IMG/VR virus record: IMGVR_UViG_3300045988_035831
Source: a virus
Reading direction: 5' to 3' (one strand)
Length of the DNA stretch: 44,723 nt
Both the position numbers and the translations under genes were made by a program. The stretch's first letter is position 1; every line of letters begins with the position of its first letter. This document shows positions 1-7,357 of this stretch, piece after piece. The notes beneath the pieces were generated by a model. The model searched no databases. It worked only from the letters and a program-made list of their open reading frames with translations, and had not been told where the DNA came from.

Positions 1-96
1 GCAGAGAACTACGAATTATATGACGGGATACTTATAAATAATGGTGGAGTTTATGTCGTGCATGACGAAAGCGGAGGAAAACCCACTAAGTATGTA
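1..96. repeat. Terminal direct repeat, copy 1, identical to 44628-44723. This is a circular-closure overlap; the unit genome is ~44,627 bp.
   Basis: Read by eye: gcagagaactacgaattatatgacggg...cccactaagtatgta occurs at both window ends, 96/96 identical. One ORF reads through the junction in frame. Confidence 0.95.
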
Positions 97-468
97 CATA
101 AGTATTGCAATATGTTTTTAGAATATAACACATTAGACCAGAGTGATGCTTTAAGAAAATGTGTCGGTGGTGGTACGGGGTTGTTTGGAGAATGTATATT
201 TGATAACTGTGTTTTTAAATCAGACTACAAACTTGATTTATCATTTCACGGAATAAGCCAAGGAAAAACAGATGAGGCACATTTTGATTTAAAAATTTCA
301 AACTGTTATTTTTCTAAAACAATTTCGCTCGACGCTCTTAGTTCTAACCAAACAGCAAATCTATATATGGTTGGTTGTTCTGCTGAGTCCATTCCCAATA
401 ATGTCACTGGCGAGAAGGGCAAATGGGGTGTCAATTCGTGGTGTAATGAAACTAGAAAAAGCATTTAA
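1..468 (+). CDS. C-terminal part of the fibre/tailspike-like protein that starts at 43641 (484 aa after removing the duplicated 96 bp). The domain looks like a parallel beta-helix.
   Basis: Frame 1 is open from base 1 to TAA at 466-468 and continues the frame of 43641-44723. Repeated NCxF-type rungs are present (FDNCVFKS, ISNCYFSK, MVGCSAES). The track ORF 58-468 is the same frame. Confidence 0.8.
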   Translation, partial: AENYELYDGILINNGGVYVVHDESGGKPTKYVHKYCNMFLEYNTLDQSDALRKCVGGGTGLFGECIFDNCVFKSDYKLDLSFHGISQGKTDEAHFDLKISNCYFSKTISLDALSSNQTANLYMVGCSAESIPNNVTGEKGKWGVNSWCNETRKSI

Positions 469-484
469 TTAACTAAAGTTGGCA

Positions 485-530
485 TTTCGGTATTACTAAT
501 ACATACCAGTATATATCAGTAACACCGGAA
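485..530. terminator. Long imperfect hairpin between convergent genes; putative bidirectional terminator.
   Basis: tttcggtattactaata / tatcagtaacaccggaa forms a ~17-bp stem. The two A-C mismatches become G-U pairs on the minus transcript. U-tracts are weak on both sides. Confidence 0.4.
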
Positions 531-540
531 TAAACAGGAA

Positions 541-705
541 TCAATTATGTTTCTCAAACCACTCAGCAAGAGCCTTGCGGATAACCCAAGATGCAGAACG
601 TTCTTCACGTTCGCAGTAAGAAATCATCTGTCTGTACTGCTCTGGCTCAAAGCTGATCGTGGTCTTGATATACTTGTCCTTATCGTCCTTTTTCTTGTTC
701 GCCAT
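541..705 (-). CDS. Ribbon-helix-helix (CopG/Arc/MetJ-like) DNA-binding protein, 54 aa. It is below the ORF-track length cutoff.
   Basis: Manual translation: MANKKKDDKDKYIKTTISFEPEQYRQMISYCEREERSASWVIRKALAEWFEKHN. It shows a beta-strand, helix, helix pattern. GGAGGTGG lies 6 nt before the ATG. The antisense track ORF 547-759 looks spurious. Confidence 0.75.
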   Translation of the reverse strand: MANKKKDDKDKYIKTTISFEPEQYRQMISYCEREERSASWVIRKALAEWFEKHN

Positions 706-727
706 GCTGCCACCTCCCATCTAGTTA

Positions 728-756
728 ACTATAGCAGATGGTGTTGGCAATGGCAA
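728..756 (-). promoter_or_regulatory. Sigma-70-like promoter for the RHH gene.
   Basis: On the minus strand: TTGCCA (within the duplicated TTGCCATTGCCA), a 17-nt spacer, then TATAGT, about 22 nt upstream of the SD. Confidence 0.5.
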
Positions 757-1001
757 TAGATACGAGGAAATCCCTGTAAATACAAGGGTTTACGGCTCAT
801 GGACTTTTGGGACGAGGGCTTTAGTTAATTAGACAAAAAATCTCTCATAAATTCGCTAAAATATCTAAATACTTAACTAAAGGAGACAAAAGCAACTGAA
901 AGAGGTGATATACTATACTTAGTCCAGAATATTTACGACAAATTACAGAGGGCAGTGAGCAGATTGCAGAAGAACTGCATCAGTATATCATCTCTGAGAT
1001 C

Positions 1002-2144
1002 GTGTCGCGAATGATGGCAAGAATCGGCAGAGGTGAGGATTATATTCTGACCAATGCGGATGCGTGGCGAATCAGAACATTGCAGGAATCTGGCGAATTG
1101 CTAGAGGACATTCTGGCAGAATTATCCAGATACACCAAGCGCGAACAACAGGAGCTTCTTGAAGCGTTTGAGGATGCCGGAATCACTGCAATGAACTACG
1201 ATGATAAGGTATACAAGGCGGCAGGATTAAGCCCTGTACCACTCGAACAGTCTCCGACTATGATAAGGCTCATGGAACGAAATATGCTTGCAACTATGGG
1301 CGATTGGAAGAATTTTACACGAACAACCGCAAGTGCTGCTCAAAGGCTCTATATCGAGCAATGCGACCTTGCATATAATCATGTGATGACTGGGGCGGTT
1401 GGATATACGCAAGCCATCAAAGAGGCAGTTAACAATGTTGTGAGTGATGGCGTGACTGTCACATATCCATCTGGCAGAAAAGACACGATTGAAACAGCGG
1501 TTGCACGTTCTGTCAGAACTGGCGTGGCTCAGGCTACGGGAGATATATCCCTAAAACGCATGGAAGAAATGGACTGGGATTTAATTCTAGTCAGTGCTCA
1601 CATAGGAGCCAGAACGGGTGATGGCGGCGAGAATCCCGGAAATCACTCATGGTGGCAAGGCAAGATATACTCTCGTTCTGGCAAGAGTAAGAAATTTCCG
1701 CCATTCTCATTGACCGGATACGGAACGGCAAGCGGACTGTCAGGGATCAACTGTCGGCATAGTTTTGGAGCCAGTGATGGAGAATTTAATCCTTATGCAG
1801 AACTATCAGCACAGGATAAAGCTGATAAAGGCAAACAGTACGAAAAGGAACAGAGACAACGTACTTATGAACGGAGAATCAGAAAGACAAAGAGAGAAGT
1901 TCTTGGAATGCAAGCAGGAGTTGACAATGCACCGAATGAAAAGGCAAAATTCGCATTACAGCAAGACCTTGACCGAAAGTCTTTTCTTCTCCAAAAGCAA
2001 AATGCTGCATATAAAGATTACTGCAAGCAGAACGACCTGAGAGAGCTGCAAGACCGGCTCATGATTGCTAAGTGGAACCGCCAGAACGCCGCAAAAGCCA
2101 GAGGAGCGGCGAAACGGTATAAAACAGCAAAGGGGATTGACTGA
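1002..2144 (+). CDS. Minor head / head-morphogenesis protein (SPP1 gp7 / Mu F-like).
   Basis: Position is close behind the portal. Motifs include GENPGNHSWWQGKIY and NCRHS, with a K/R-rich C-terminal tail. The frame is open back to 909 and reads ...SPEYLRQITEGSEQIAEELHQYIISEI, so the true start may be a non-ATG codon upstream (SD AGAGGTGA at 901-908). Confidence 0.85.
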   Translation: MSRMMARIGRGEDYILTNADAWRIRTLQESGELLEDILAELSRYTKREQQELLEAFEDAGITAMNYDDKVYKAAGLSPVPLEQSPTMIRLMERNMLATMGDWKNFTRTTASAAQRLYIEQCDLAYNHVMTGAVGYTQAIKEAVNNVVSDGVTVTYPSGRKDTIETAVARSVRTGVAQATGDISLKRMEEMDWDLILVSAHIGARTGDGGENPGNHSWWQGKIYSRSGKSKKFPPFSLTGYGTASGLSGINCRHSFGASDGEFNPYAELSAQDKADKGKQYEKEQRQRTYERRIRKTKREVLGMQAGVDNAPNEKAKFALQQDLDRKSFLLQKQNAAYKDYCKQNDLRELQDRLMIAKWNRQNAAKARGAAKRYKTAKGID

Positions 2145-2530
2145 TGGACAGATGGGAATATTACAATCCGAATCCTGCCGGGAATCGAGTCGGAGATTGT
2201 GCTGTCCGGGCAATATGTAAAGCAACCGGTTTTGACTGGGAAACGGTATTCACCGGACTGATGGTGCAGGCGTGTGCTCTGTCAGATATGCCAAGCGCAA
2301 ATTATGTCTGGGGAGCGTACCTCTATAAGCATGGATACAGGCGCAAGCTGATAGAACAATCAGAGCGATATATCTATACAGTCAACGACTTTTGCACAGA
2401 CCATCCGACAGGCACATATATTCTCTGCATAGATGGTCATGTGGTAACGGTACAAGGCGGAAAATATTTCGATACATGGGATAGCGGTAATGAGATCCCA
2501 GTATATTACTGGGAAAGGGAGAATAAATGA
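2144..2530 (+). CDS. Putative papain-fold cysteine peptidase/amidase-like protein (Cys-His-Asp candidates).
   Basis: ATGA overlap with the upstream gene. YNPNPAGNRVGDCAVRAI (Cys), then DGHVVTV (His) and DTWD (Asp), spaced as in NlpC/P60 or C39-like folds. The fold call is from memory only. Confidence 0.6.
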   Translation: MDRWEYYNPNPAGNRVGDCAVRAICKATGFDWETVFTGLMVQACALSDMPSANYVWGAYLYKHGYRRKLIEQSERYIYTVNDFCTDHPTGTYILCIDGHVVTVQGGKYFDTWDSGNEIPVYYWERENK

Positions 2531-2832
2531 GCATATCAGAATTTGTACAAATATTCCTTTCTATCTGTGGAGGGGTGTCCATTGTCGGAGGGGCGGCAGC
2601 TGTAATCTTTAAGTGGATTACACCGGCATTCCGACTTAATAAGCGAGTAGAGACACTGGAAGAACATGACAAACGAGATTACGAGAGTCTTCAAAGGATT
2701 GCAGAACGTGATTCATTGATTCTGGAAGTGTTGTCAACCATGCTGGACAGTCAGATTAGTGGGAATAATGTTGAGGAGTTAAAAAAAACAAAACAGAAGC
2801 TCACGGAGTATCTTGCACAGAATCAGCGTTAG
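2527..2832 (+). CDS. N-terminally membrane-anchored coiled-coil protein.
   Basis: Overlapping start (ATGA). The TM segment is FVQIFLSICGGVSIVGGAAAVIF, followed by a charged helical region. Confidence 0.7.
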   Translation: MSISEFVQIFLSICGGVSIVGGAAAVIFKWITPAFRLNKRVETLEEHDKRDYESLQRIAERDSLILEVLSTMLDSQISGNNVEELKKTKQKLTEYLAQNQR

Positions 2833-2852
2833 CATTAGTAAGGGGTATACTT

Positions 2853-3053
2853 ATGAAGTTATATGTGTTCACGAAGAAAGATATAGACAGGTTCTTAGCA
2901 GAGTGTAATTTTACACCGGACGAAGAAAAACTGTTCCGGCTGAGATGCAAGGAATATACACTCGAATACTGCGCTGAACAGATGAATGTGAGCATATCCA
3001 CGGCGAAACGGTTGAGCCGCCGGGTAAACAATAAAATAATTAAAGTATGCTAA
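2853..3053 (+). CDS. Small HTH protein, sigma-70 region-4-like.
   Basis: 66 aa. EEKLFRLRCKEYTLEYCAEQMNVSISTAKRLSRRVNNKI resembles a region-4/LuxR-type HTH. A terminator follows. Confidence 0.65.
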   Translation: MKLYVFTKKDIDRFLAECNFTPDEEKLFRLRCKEYTLEYCAEQMNVSISTAKRLSRRVNNKIIKVC

Positions 3054-3096
3054 AAAAAGTAAGGAGAGGATATTTTTACCCTCTCCCATTTTTTAA
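3052..3096. terminator. Bidirectional rho-independent terminator.
   Basis: Stem ggagagg (3063-3069) / cctctcc (3080-3086), flanked by A7 on the left and T6 on the right. It sits between convergent genes ending at 3053 (+) and 3093 (-). Confidence 0.7.
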
Positions 3097-3824
3097 CAAA
3101 AATCTTCTTTTACAACCCTTTCAAGTAGTTTTATCACATATTCTGGTGGAGTTCGTTTGCCACCCTCCCAGTTTTCTATGCTCCTTTTAGGAATGCCATA
3201 TTTTTCAGAAAAAGCTTGCTGCGTAAGTCCAGATAACGTTCTAATTTCGTGAAAATCAAGAGGATCTGAAGGAACTTTTTCGGGAAATACATCCTCTTCT
3301 TTTACCTGATATGTGAAGAATCCCATTGAGGACGGAAGGATTCTGAAATAGAATACCTCATCCTCTTCTTCTATCCAGGTTTGCTGTAAAAATATTTTCG
3401 GACACCATTCATCTAATGCAAACTTTTCATCTGAATCAGAGTAAACAACATAAGAACATAAATTTCCTGTGTCGGATTTCATTCTCTTCATCTCGTTATA
3501 GATGAATCTGGTCCTGACATATCTAACTATACTATGCACTTGTTCTACTCTGAGTTCTGGAAATAAGGCTTCGATTTGCTTATAAATCTTATTCCACAGA
3601 CATGCATGGTACTTACTATCTAATTCAACCGGTATGTCGATATAACCGCTGCTACGAACTGACAAAAATCGGTACACTGCATCAATTATTTCCTCGTCTC
3701 TAACCGGAGAAATCAATTCTGCATCATCTGGAAAATCAAATGGCAAAAGGCTTGATTTCTCCTGATTCTCAAGATCCTGCTTTACCATGCTCAAGAATTT
3801 TTCGTATTCATATTTTTTCAACAT
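3093..3824 (-). CDS. Unknown N-terminal domain fused to a C-terminal XRE/MqsA-HigA-like HTH (moron gene B).
   Basis: 243 aa. The C-terminus IRTLSGLTQQAFSEKYGIPKRSIENWEGGKRTPPEYVIKLLERV is a classic XRE-type HTH. It starts 1 nt after gene A. Confidence 0.85.
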   Translation of the reverse strand: MLKKYEYEKFLSMVKQDLENQEKSSLLPFDFPDDAELISPVRDEEIIDAVYRFLSVRSSGYIDIPVELDSKYHACLWNKIYKQIEALFPELRVEQVHSIVRYVRTRFIYNEMKRMKSDTGNLCSYVVYSDSDEKFALDEWCPKIFLQQTWIEEEDEVFYFRILPSSMGFFTYQVKEEDVFPEKVPSDPLDFHEIRTLSGLTQQAFSEKYGIPKRSIENWEGGKRTPPEYVIKLLERVVKEDFC

Positions 3825-3825
3825 C

Positions 3826-4269
3826 TTATTTCCACTCCATCTTTTCTTTATAATCGTTCAAAGCTTCTTTAAATTTTCTTTCGCAAATATTGTTTTTACA
3901 ATCAATATCACTATTTAATTCAACGTCTAATTCTCTTGGACTGTAAGCATAATAACGGTTTTCGATAAACCATTTTGCTTCCTTGATCTCGTAAATAGTC
4001 TCCATGGCTTTTTTCATGCGCTCCGGCATTTTCTTTCTGCCTTTGGATTCATGAAAATTAATGCAACTGTTTCCATACTCGATCATTTTCTTGCGGATAT
4101 CCTCAGCCCAGGCGATCTGTTTTGGACTGCCAACCAGTTCCGGTAATTCTTTACACATACCTTTTGCTTCCCTCCATGCTTTCTTGAGACCAGAGGAAAT
4201 AGACATTCTCATTTTCTTGACTAACTCCCATGCTCTTTTCATTATTGCTGATAGATTATATTTCTTCAC
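3826..4269 (-). CDS. Helical K/E-rich protein of unknown function (moron gene A).
   Basis: 147 aa. GTG start with AAGGAGG 8 nt upstream. Motifs IMKRAWELVKK, LKKAWREAK and GSPKQIAWAEDIRKK. Confidence 0.85.
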   Translation of the reverse strand: MKKYNLSAIMKRAWELVKKMRMSISSGLKKAWREAKGMCKELPELVGSPKQIAWAEDIRKKMIEYGNSCINFHESKGRKKMPERMKKAMETIYEIKEAKWFIENRYYAYSPRELDVELNSDIDCKNNICERKFKEALNDYKEKMEWK

Positions 4270-4311
4270 GTCATTTTCCTCCTTAGTTTTCTTGCTCCTC
4301 TTTCTGATATT

Positions 4312-4340
4312 ATAATACCACTCGTTGAGTGATAAGTCAA
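4312..4340 (-). promoter_or_regulatory. Near-consensus sigma-70 promoter driving the antisense two-gene moron.
   Basis: On the minus strand: TTGACT (4340-4335), a 17-nt spacer, then TATTAT (4317-4312). Confidence 0.65.
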
Positions 4341-4406
4341 TACTTTTTTGAACTTTTTAGATTGATGCATCTATGCAAAAATATAATCAGAAAGGCGGTG
4401 TATAAG

Positions 4407-4874
4407 ATGGCATTATATAACAATCCTTATCAATATAGTTTTGGCGTTCCGGGGCAGATGAACCAGTTTCAGCAACAGCCTGTCCAGATGCCGGCTCAAC
4501 CAGTACAACAACCACAACAGAATAACAATGGTATCCTGTGGGTATCTGGCGAAGTAGGCGCAAAATCCTATCTGGTAGCGCCCGGGACAAGTGTCTTGCT
4601 GATGGATTCAGAATCAGAGAAATTCTATATAAAATCCACAGACGTTTCCGGTATGCCACAGCCATTACGGACGTTTGAATACCATGAGGTAGGCACTCAG
4701 ATGCCGCCTAAACAGCCTGTTCAGAACATGGACAAATATGTCACCAGACAGGAATATGACGATTTAAAGGGCAAATATGAAATTATCATAAACCGATTAA
4801 ATTCTTTTTCTGAACCTGTTAGGGTTAATACCACACAGGAATCAGCAGCCAAGGGAGGAAATGCAGATGAGTAA
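4407..4874 (+). CDS. Q/P-rich protein of unknown function.
   Basis: The start was moved to ATG 4407 (AGGCGGTG SD). MALYNNPYQ..QFQQQPVQMPAQPVQQPQQNNNGILWVSGEVGAKSYLVAPGTSVLLMDSESEKFYIKS. Confidence 0.8.
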   Translation: MALYNNPYQYSFGVPGQMNQFQQQPVQMPAQPVQQPQQNNNGILWVSGEVGAKSYLVAPGTSVLLMDSESEKFYIKSTDVSGMPQPLRTFEYHEVGTQMPPKQPVQNMDKYVTRQEYDDLKGKYEIIINRLNSFSEPVRVNTTQESAAKGGNADE

Positions 4875-5088
4875 TCCATTATTTAACGTGCTTGGTGGTG
4901 GGATGCCGCAGGGAAACGGACCAATGCAGATGATACAGCAGTTTATGCAGTTTAAGCAGAATTTCAAGGGAGACCCGAAGGAAGAAGTTCAGAAGATGTT
5001 ACAGTCTGGACGGATTTCTCAGCAGCAACTTAATCAAGTTCAACAGATGGCAGGACAATTCCAGCACATGTTGAAAAGAATGAAATAG
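4861..5088 (+). CDS. Small Q/M-rich protein.
   Basis: 75 aa, overlapping the upstream stop. GGGMPQGNGPMQMIQQFMQFKQNF...QQQLNQVQQMAGQFQ. Confidence 0.7.
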   Translation: MQMSNPLFNVLGGGMPQGNGPMQMIQQFMQFKQNFKGDPKEEVQKMLQSGRISQQQLNQVQQMAGQFQHMLKRMK

Positions 5089-5140
5089 TACATTACAATC
5101 TGGCCAGATTGATGTAAATACACAAAAAGGAGATTATATT

Positions 5141-5920
5141 ATGGATGGAAATTATAGCTTAGCAGATATTGCCGCTGCTACTGGAAACGGTAGAAATAAT
5201 GACGGCATGTTTGGCGGAGATGGTAGCTGGTGGATTATTGTTTTATTCATTTTTGCTTTCTTCGGATGGGGAAACAACGGATGGGGCAATAACGGCAATG
5301 GCGGCGGATATGCAGCCACAGCAGCTACTCAGGCAGATATCCAGAGAGGATTTGACAATTCCGCGGTAATCAGCAAGCTTGACGGAATCAACAGCGGCCT
5401 GTGCGACGGCTTTTATGCCATGAATAATGGTATGCTTACCGGATTTAATGGAATCAACACAAACATCATGCAGACTGGCTTCGGAATCCAGCAGGCAATT
5501 AATGCTGATACTGTAGCGAACATGCGGAACACCAATGATTTACAGGCACAGCTTGCGAACTGCTGTTGTGAAACCAGAGAAGCTATCCAGGGTGTAAATT
5601 ACAATATGGCGCAGAACACCTGTGCATTGCAGAATACGATGAACAGCAACACAAGAGACATTATTGACAGCCAGAATGCAGGAACAAGAGCGATTCTTGA
5701 TTATCTCTGCAATGAAAAAATTTCTAACCTTCAGGCTGAAAACAATGACCTCAGACGTGCTGCATCTCAGGACCGTCAGAGTGCATTGCTCACAACTGCA
5801 ATGGCTTCTCAGACACAGCAGCTTATTAATGCGATTAATCCAGCACCGATCCCGGCATATCAGGTTCCTAACCCGAACACATTTTATGGATGCGGATGCA
5901 ACACCGGATGCAATTGCTGA
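5141..5920 (+). CDS. Membrane-anchored G/N/W-, N/Q- and Cys-rich protein.
   Basis: SD AAAGGAG. TM segment WWIIVLFIFAFFGW, then GNNGWGNNGNGGG, an internal CCC, and the C-terminus YGCGCNTGCNC. Confidence 0.8.
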   Translation: MDGNYSLADIAAATGNGRNNDGMFGGDGSWWIIVLFIFAFFGWGNNGWGNNGNGGGYAATAATQADIQRGFDNSAVISKLDGINSGLCDGFYAMNNGMLTGFNGINTNIMQTGFGIQQAINADTVANMRNTNDLQAQLANCCCETREAIQGVNYNMAQNTCALQNTMNSNTRDIIDSQNAGTRAILDYLCNEKISNLQAENNDLRRAASQDRQSALLTTAMASQTQQLINAINPAPIPAYQVPNPNTFYGCGCNTGCNC

Positions 5921-5984
5921 TAACTTCATATTGAGAGTATCTTTCGATTGATTCGGATGTCGGCTTATGCCGTATTACACAGAG

Positions 5985-6008
5985 GGGCAGGCTGAGACCT
6001 GTCCTTTT
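5985..6008 (+). terminator. Rho-independent terminator.
   Basis: gggcagg-ctgaga-cctgtcc forms a 7-bp stem with one G-U pair, followed by TTTT. Confidence 0.55.
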
Positions 6009-6030
6009 GTGATATGAAAGGAGTATTTTT

Positions 6031-6453
6031 ATGGCAGAATTTACAAGCGTAGCTGCTCAGACTGTAGCAGTAAATGGAAACGTAGTATTTTCAAACACAG
6101 CAGTTAAGGGTTCTAACTGCATTCAGCACAGAGAGGGAAGTGGAATTATTACACTGAGAGGACTGACTAATCAGTGTAAAGCAAGATTCTTCGTGGATTT
6201 TTCTGGTAATATCGCAATTCCAACAGGCGGTACTGTTGAAGCTATTTCTCTGGCTATTGCAATCTCTGGCGAACCGGTTCTTTCTTCTCAGATGATTTCC
6301 ACACCGGCAGCAGTAGACCAGTACAACAATGTGTCCTCTGGCATCTATATTGATGTGCCTCGCGGATGTTGCGTTAACATCGCAGTAGAGAACACAAGCG
6401 ATCAGGCAATTTCTGTTGCGAACGCAAATATTATCGTGACCAGAGAAGCGTAG
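6031..6453 (+). CDS. All-beta protein resembling C1q/TNF-like (BclA C-terminal-domain-like) knobs.
   Basis: 140 aa, SD AAAGGAG. Alternating beta pattern: VAVNGNVVFSN..GIITLRG..ARFFVDFSGNIAIP..ISLAIAISGEPV..IYIDVPRGCCVNIAVEN..NANIIVT. The family call is from memory. Confidence 0.75.
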   Translation: MAEFTSVAAQTVAVNGNVVFSNTAVKGSNCIQHREGSGIITLRGLTNQCKARFFVDFSGNIAIPTGGTVEAISLAIAISGEPVLSSQMISTPAAVDQYNNVSSGIYIDVPRGCCVNIAVENTSDQAISVANANIIVTREA

Positions 6454-6464
6454 GAGGTGTGATT

Positions 6465-7019
6465 ATGAGAGATATTAAAGACTTATGCGCAAGAATCGAA
6501 GATGAACTGTCCAAAATCGCTGATAATGGGCTAAACACTGGAAATCTGGAAATGACATACAAGCTGATTGATATGTACAAAGATATCAAGAATACGCAGT
6601 ACTGGGACAAAAAGGTGGAATATTACAACACTGTCCTTGATGAGATGCGTGGTGGATACAATGACGATTACAGCGAACGCGGAAGAAAGCGCGACAGCAT
6701 GGGGAGATACAGCTCAAATGACAGCAGAATGATGCCGGATTACGACCGGGGCAGTTCTTATGCCAGACGTGGTGAGCATTATGTTAGAGGGCATTACAGC
6801 CGTTCTGACGGACGAGACGCTTATGACGACTATATGACACAGAAACAGAGTTATCGTTCCGGCAAATCTGAGGACTGCAAGAGGAAGATGCTTGCCGCTC
6901 TGGAAGAACACCTTGACGAACTCACTACAGAGATGAGTGATATGTCCAAGGATGCAGAGTGCCGGGAAGAACGTGATCTTGTAAAGAGATACGTAGAAAA
7001 ACTCCGTGATATGCTCTAA
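6465..7019 (+). CDS. Protein with helical ends and an R/D/Y/S-rich low-complexity core.
   Basis: ATG 6465 lies 7 nt after GGAGG (the track started at GTG 6459). The core reads RGRKRDSMGRYSSNDSRMMPDYDRGSSYARRGEHYVRGHYSRSDGRDAYDDY. Confidence 0.8.
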   Translation: MRDIKDLCARIEDELSKIADNGLNTGNLEMTYKLIDMYKDIKNTQYWDKKVEYYNTVLDEMRGGYNDDYSERGRKRDSMGRYSSNDSRMMPDYDRGSSYARRGEHYVRGHYSRSDGRDAYDDYMTQKQSYRSGKSEDCKRKMLAALEEHLDELTTEMSDMSKDAECREERDLVKRYVEKLRDML

Positions 7020-7357
7020 TTAGCCAAAACATGTACCACAACTTTTTGAAGGTTCTGTGGTAAAATATATTCATAAGGAAGATTCGTAAGTGGTTACAGC
7101 CGCTTGACATAGACATTTTTCATTGATTCCTCCTTTCTTCGATACGTGTCCTTAATAGAAAATGCAGTGTTTAGCTAACACAAGACGCATGAGGTTGAAA
7201 AGCGGATGCAATTTCCGGCACGTATCATTACTGTCTATGCGATCATATAGACAGTACGCACCTCCTTGTAAAAGGTAAATGGGCGGACAGATGCCCGAAA
7301 CAACTCGTGGCAGGCATGACACGTTAAACACCTTGCTAACCCGGGAATCCGGGTTTA

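Noticed and set aside
547-759. Track ORF of 70 aa on the plus strand.
   Set aside because: It has no SD and a junk-like sequence (WCWQWQ end). It lies exactly antisense to a much better supported RHH gene with its own SD and promoter.
6925-7116. 63-aa minus-strand ORF, and a 9-codon ORF (MKNVYVKRL) behind a strong AAAGGAGG on the minus strand.
   Set aside because: The 63-aa ORF has no initiation signal and overlaps the end of 6465-7019. The 9-codon ORF is too short to support. The SD-like motif is better explained as a CCUCC element in the plus-strand leader.
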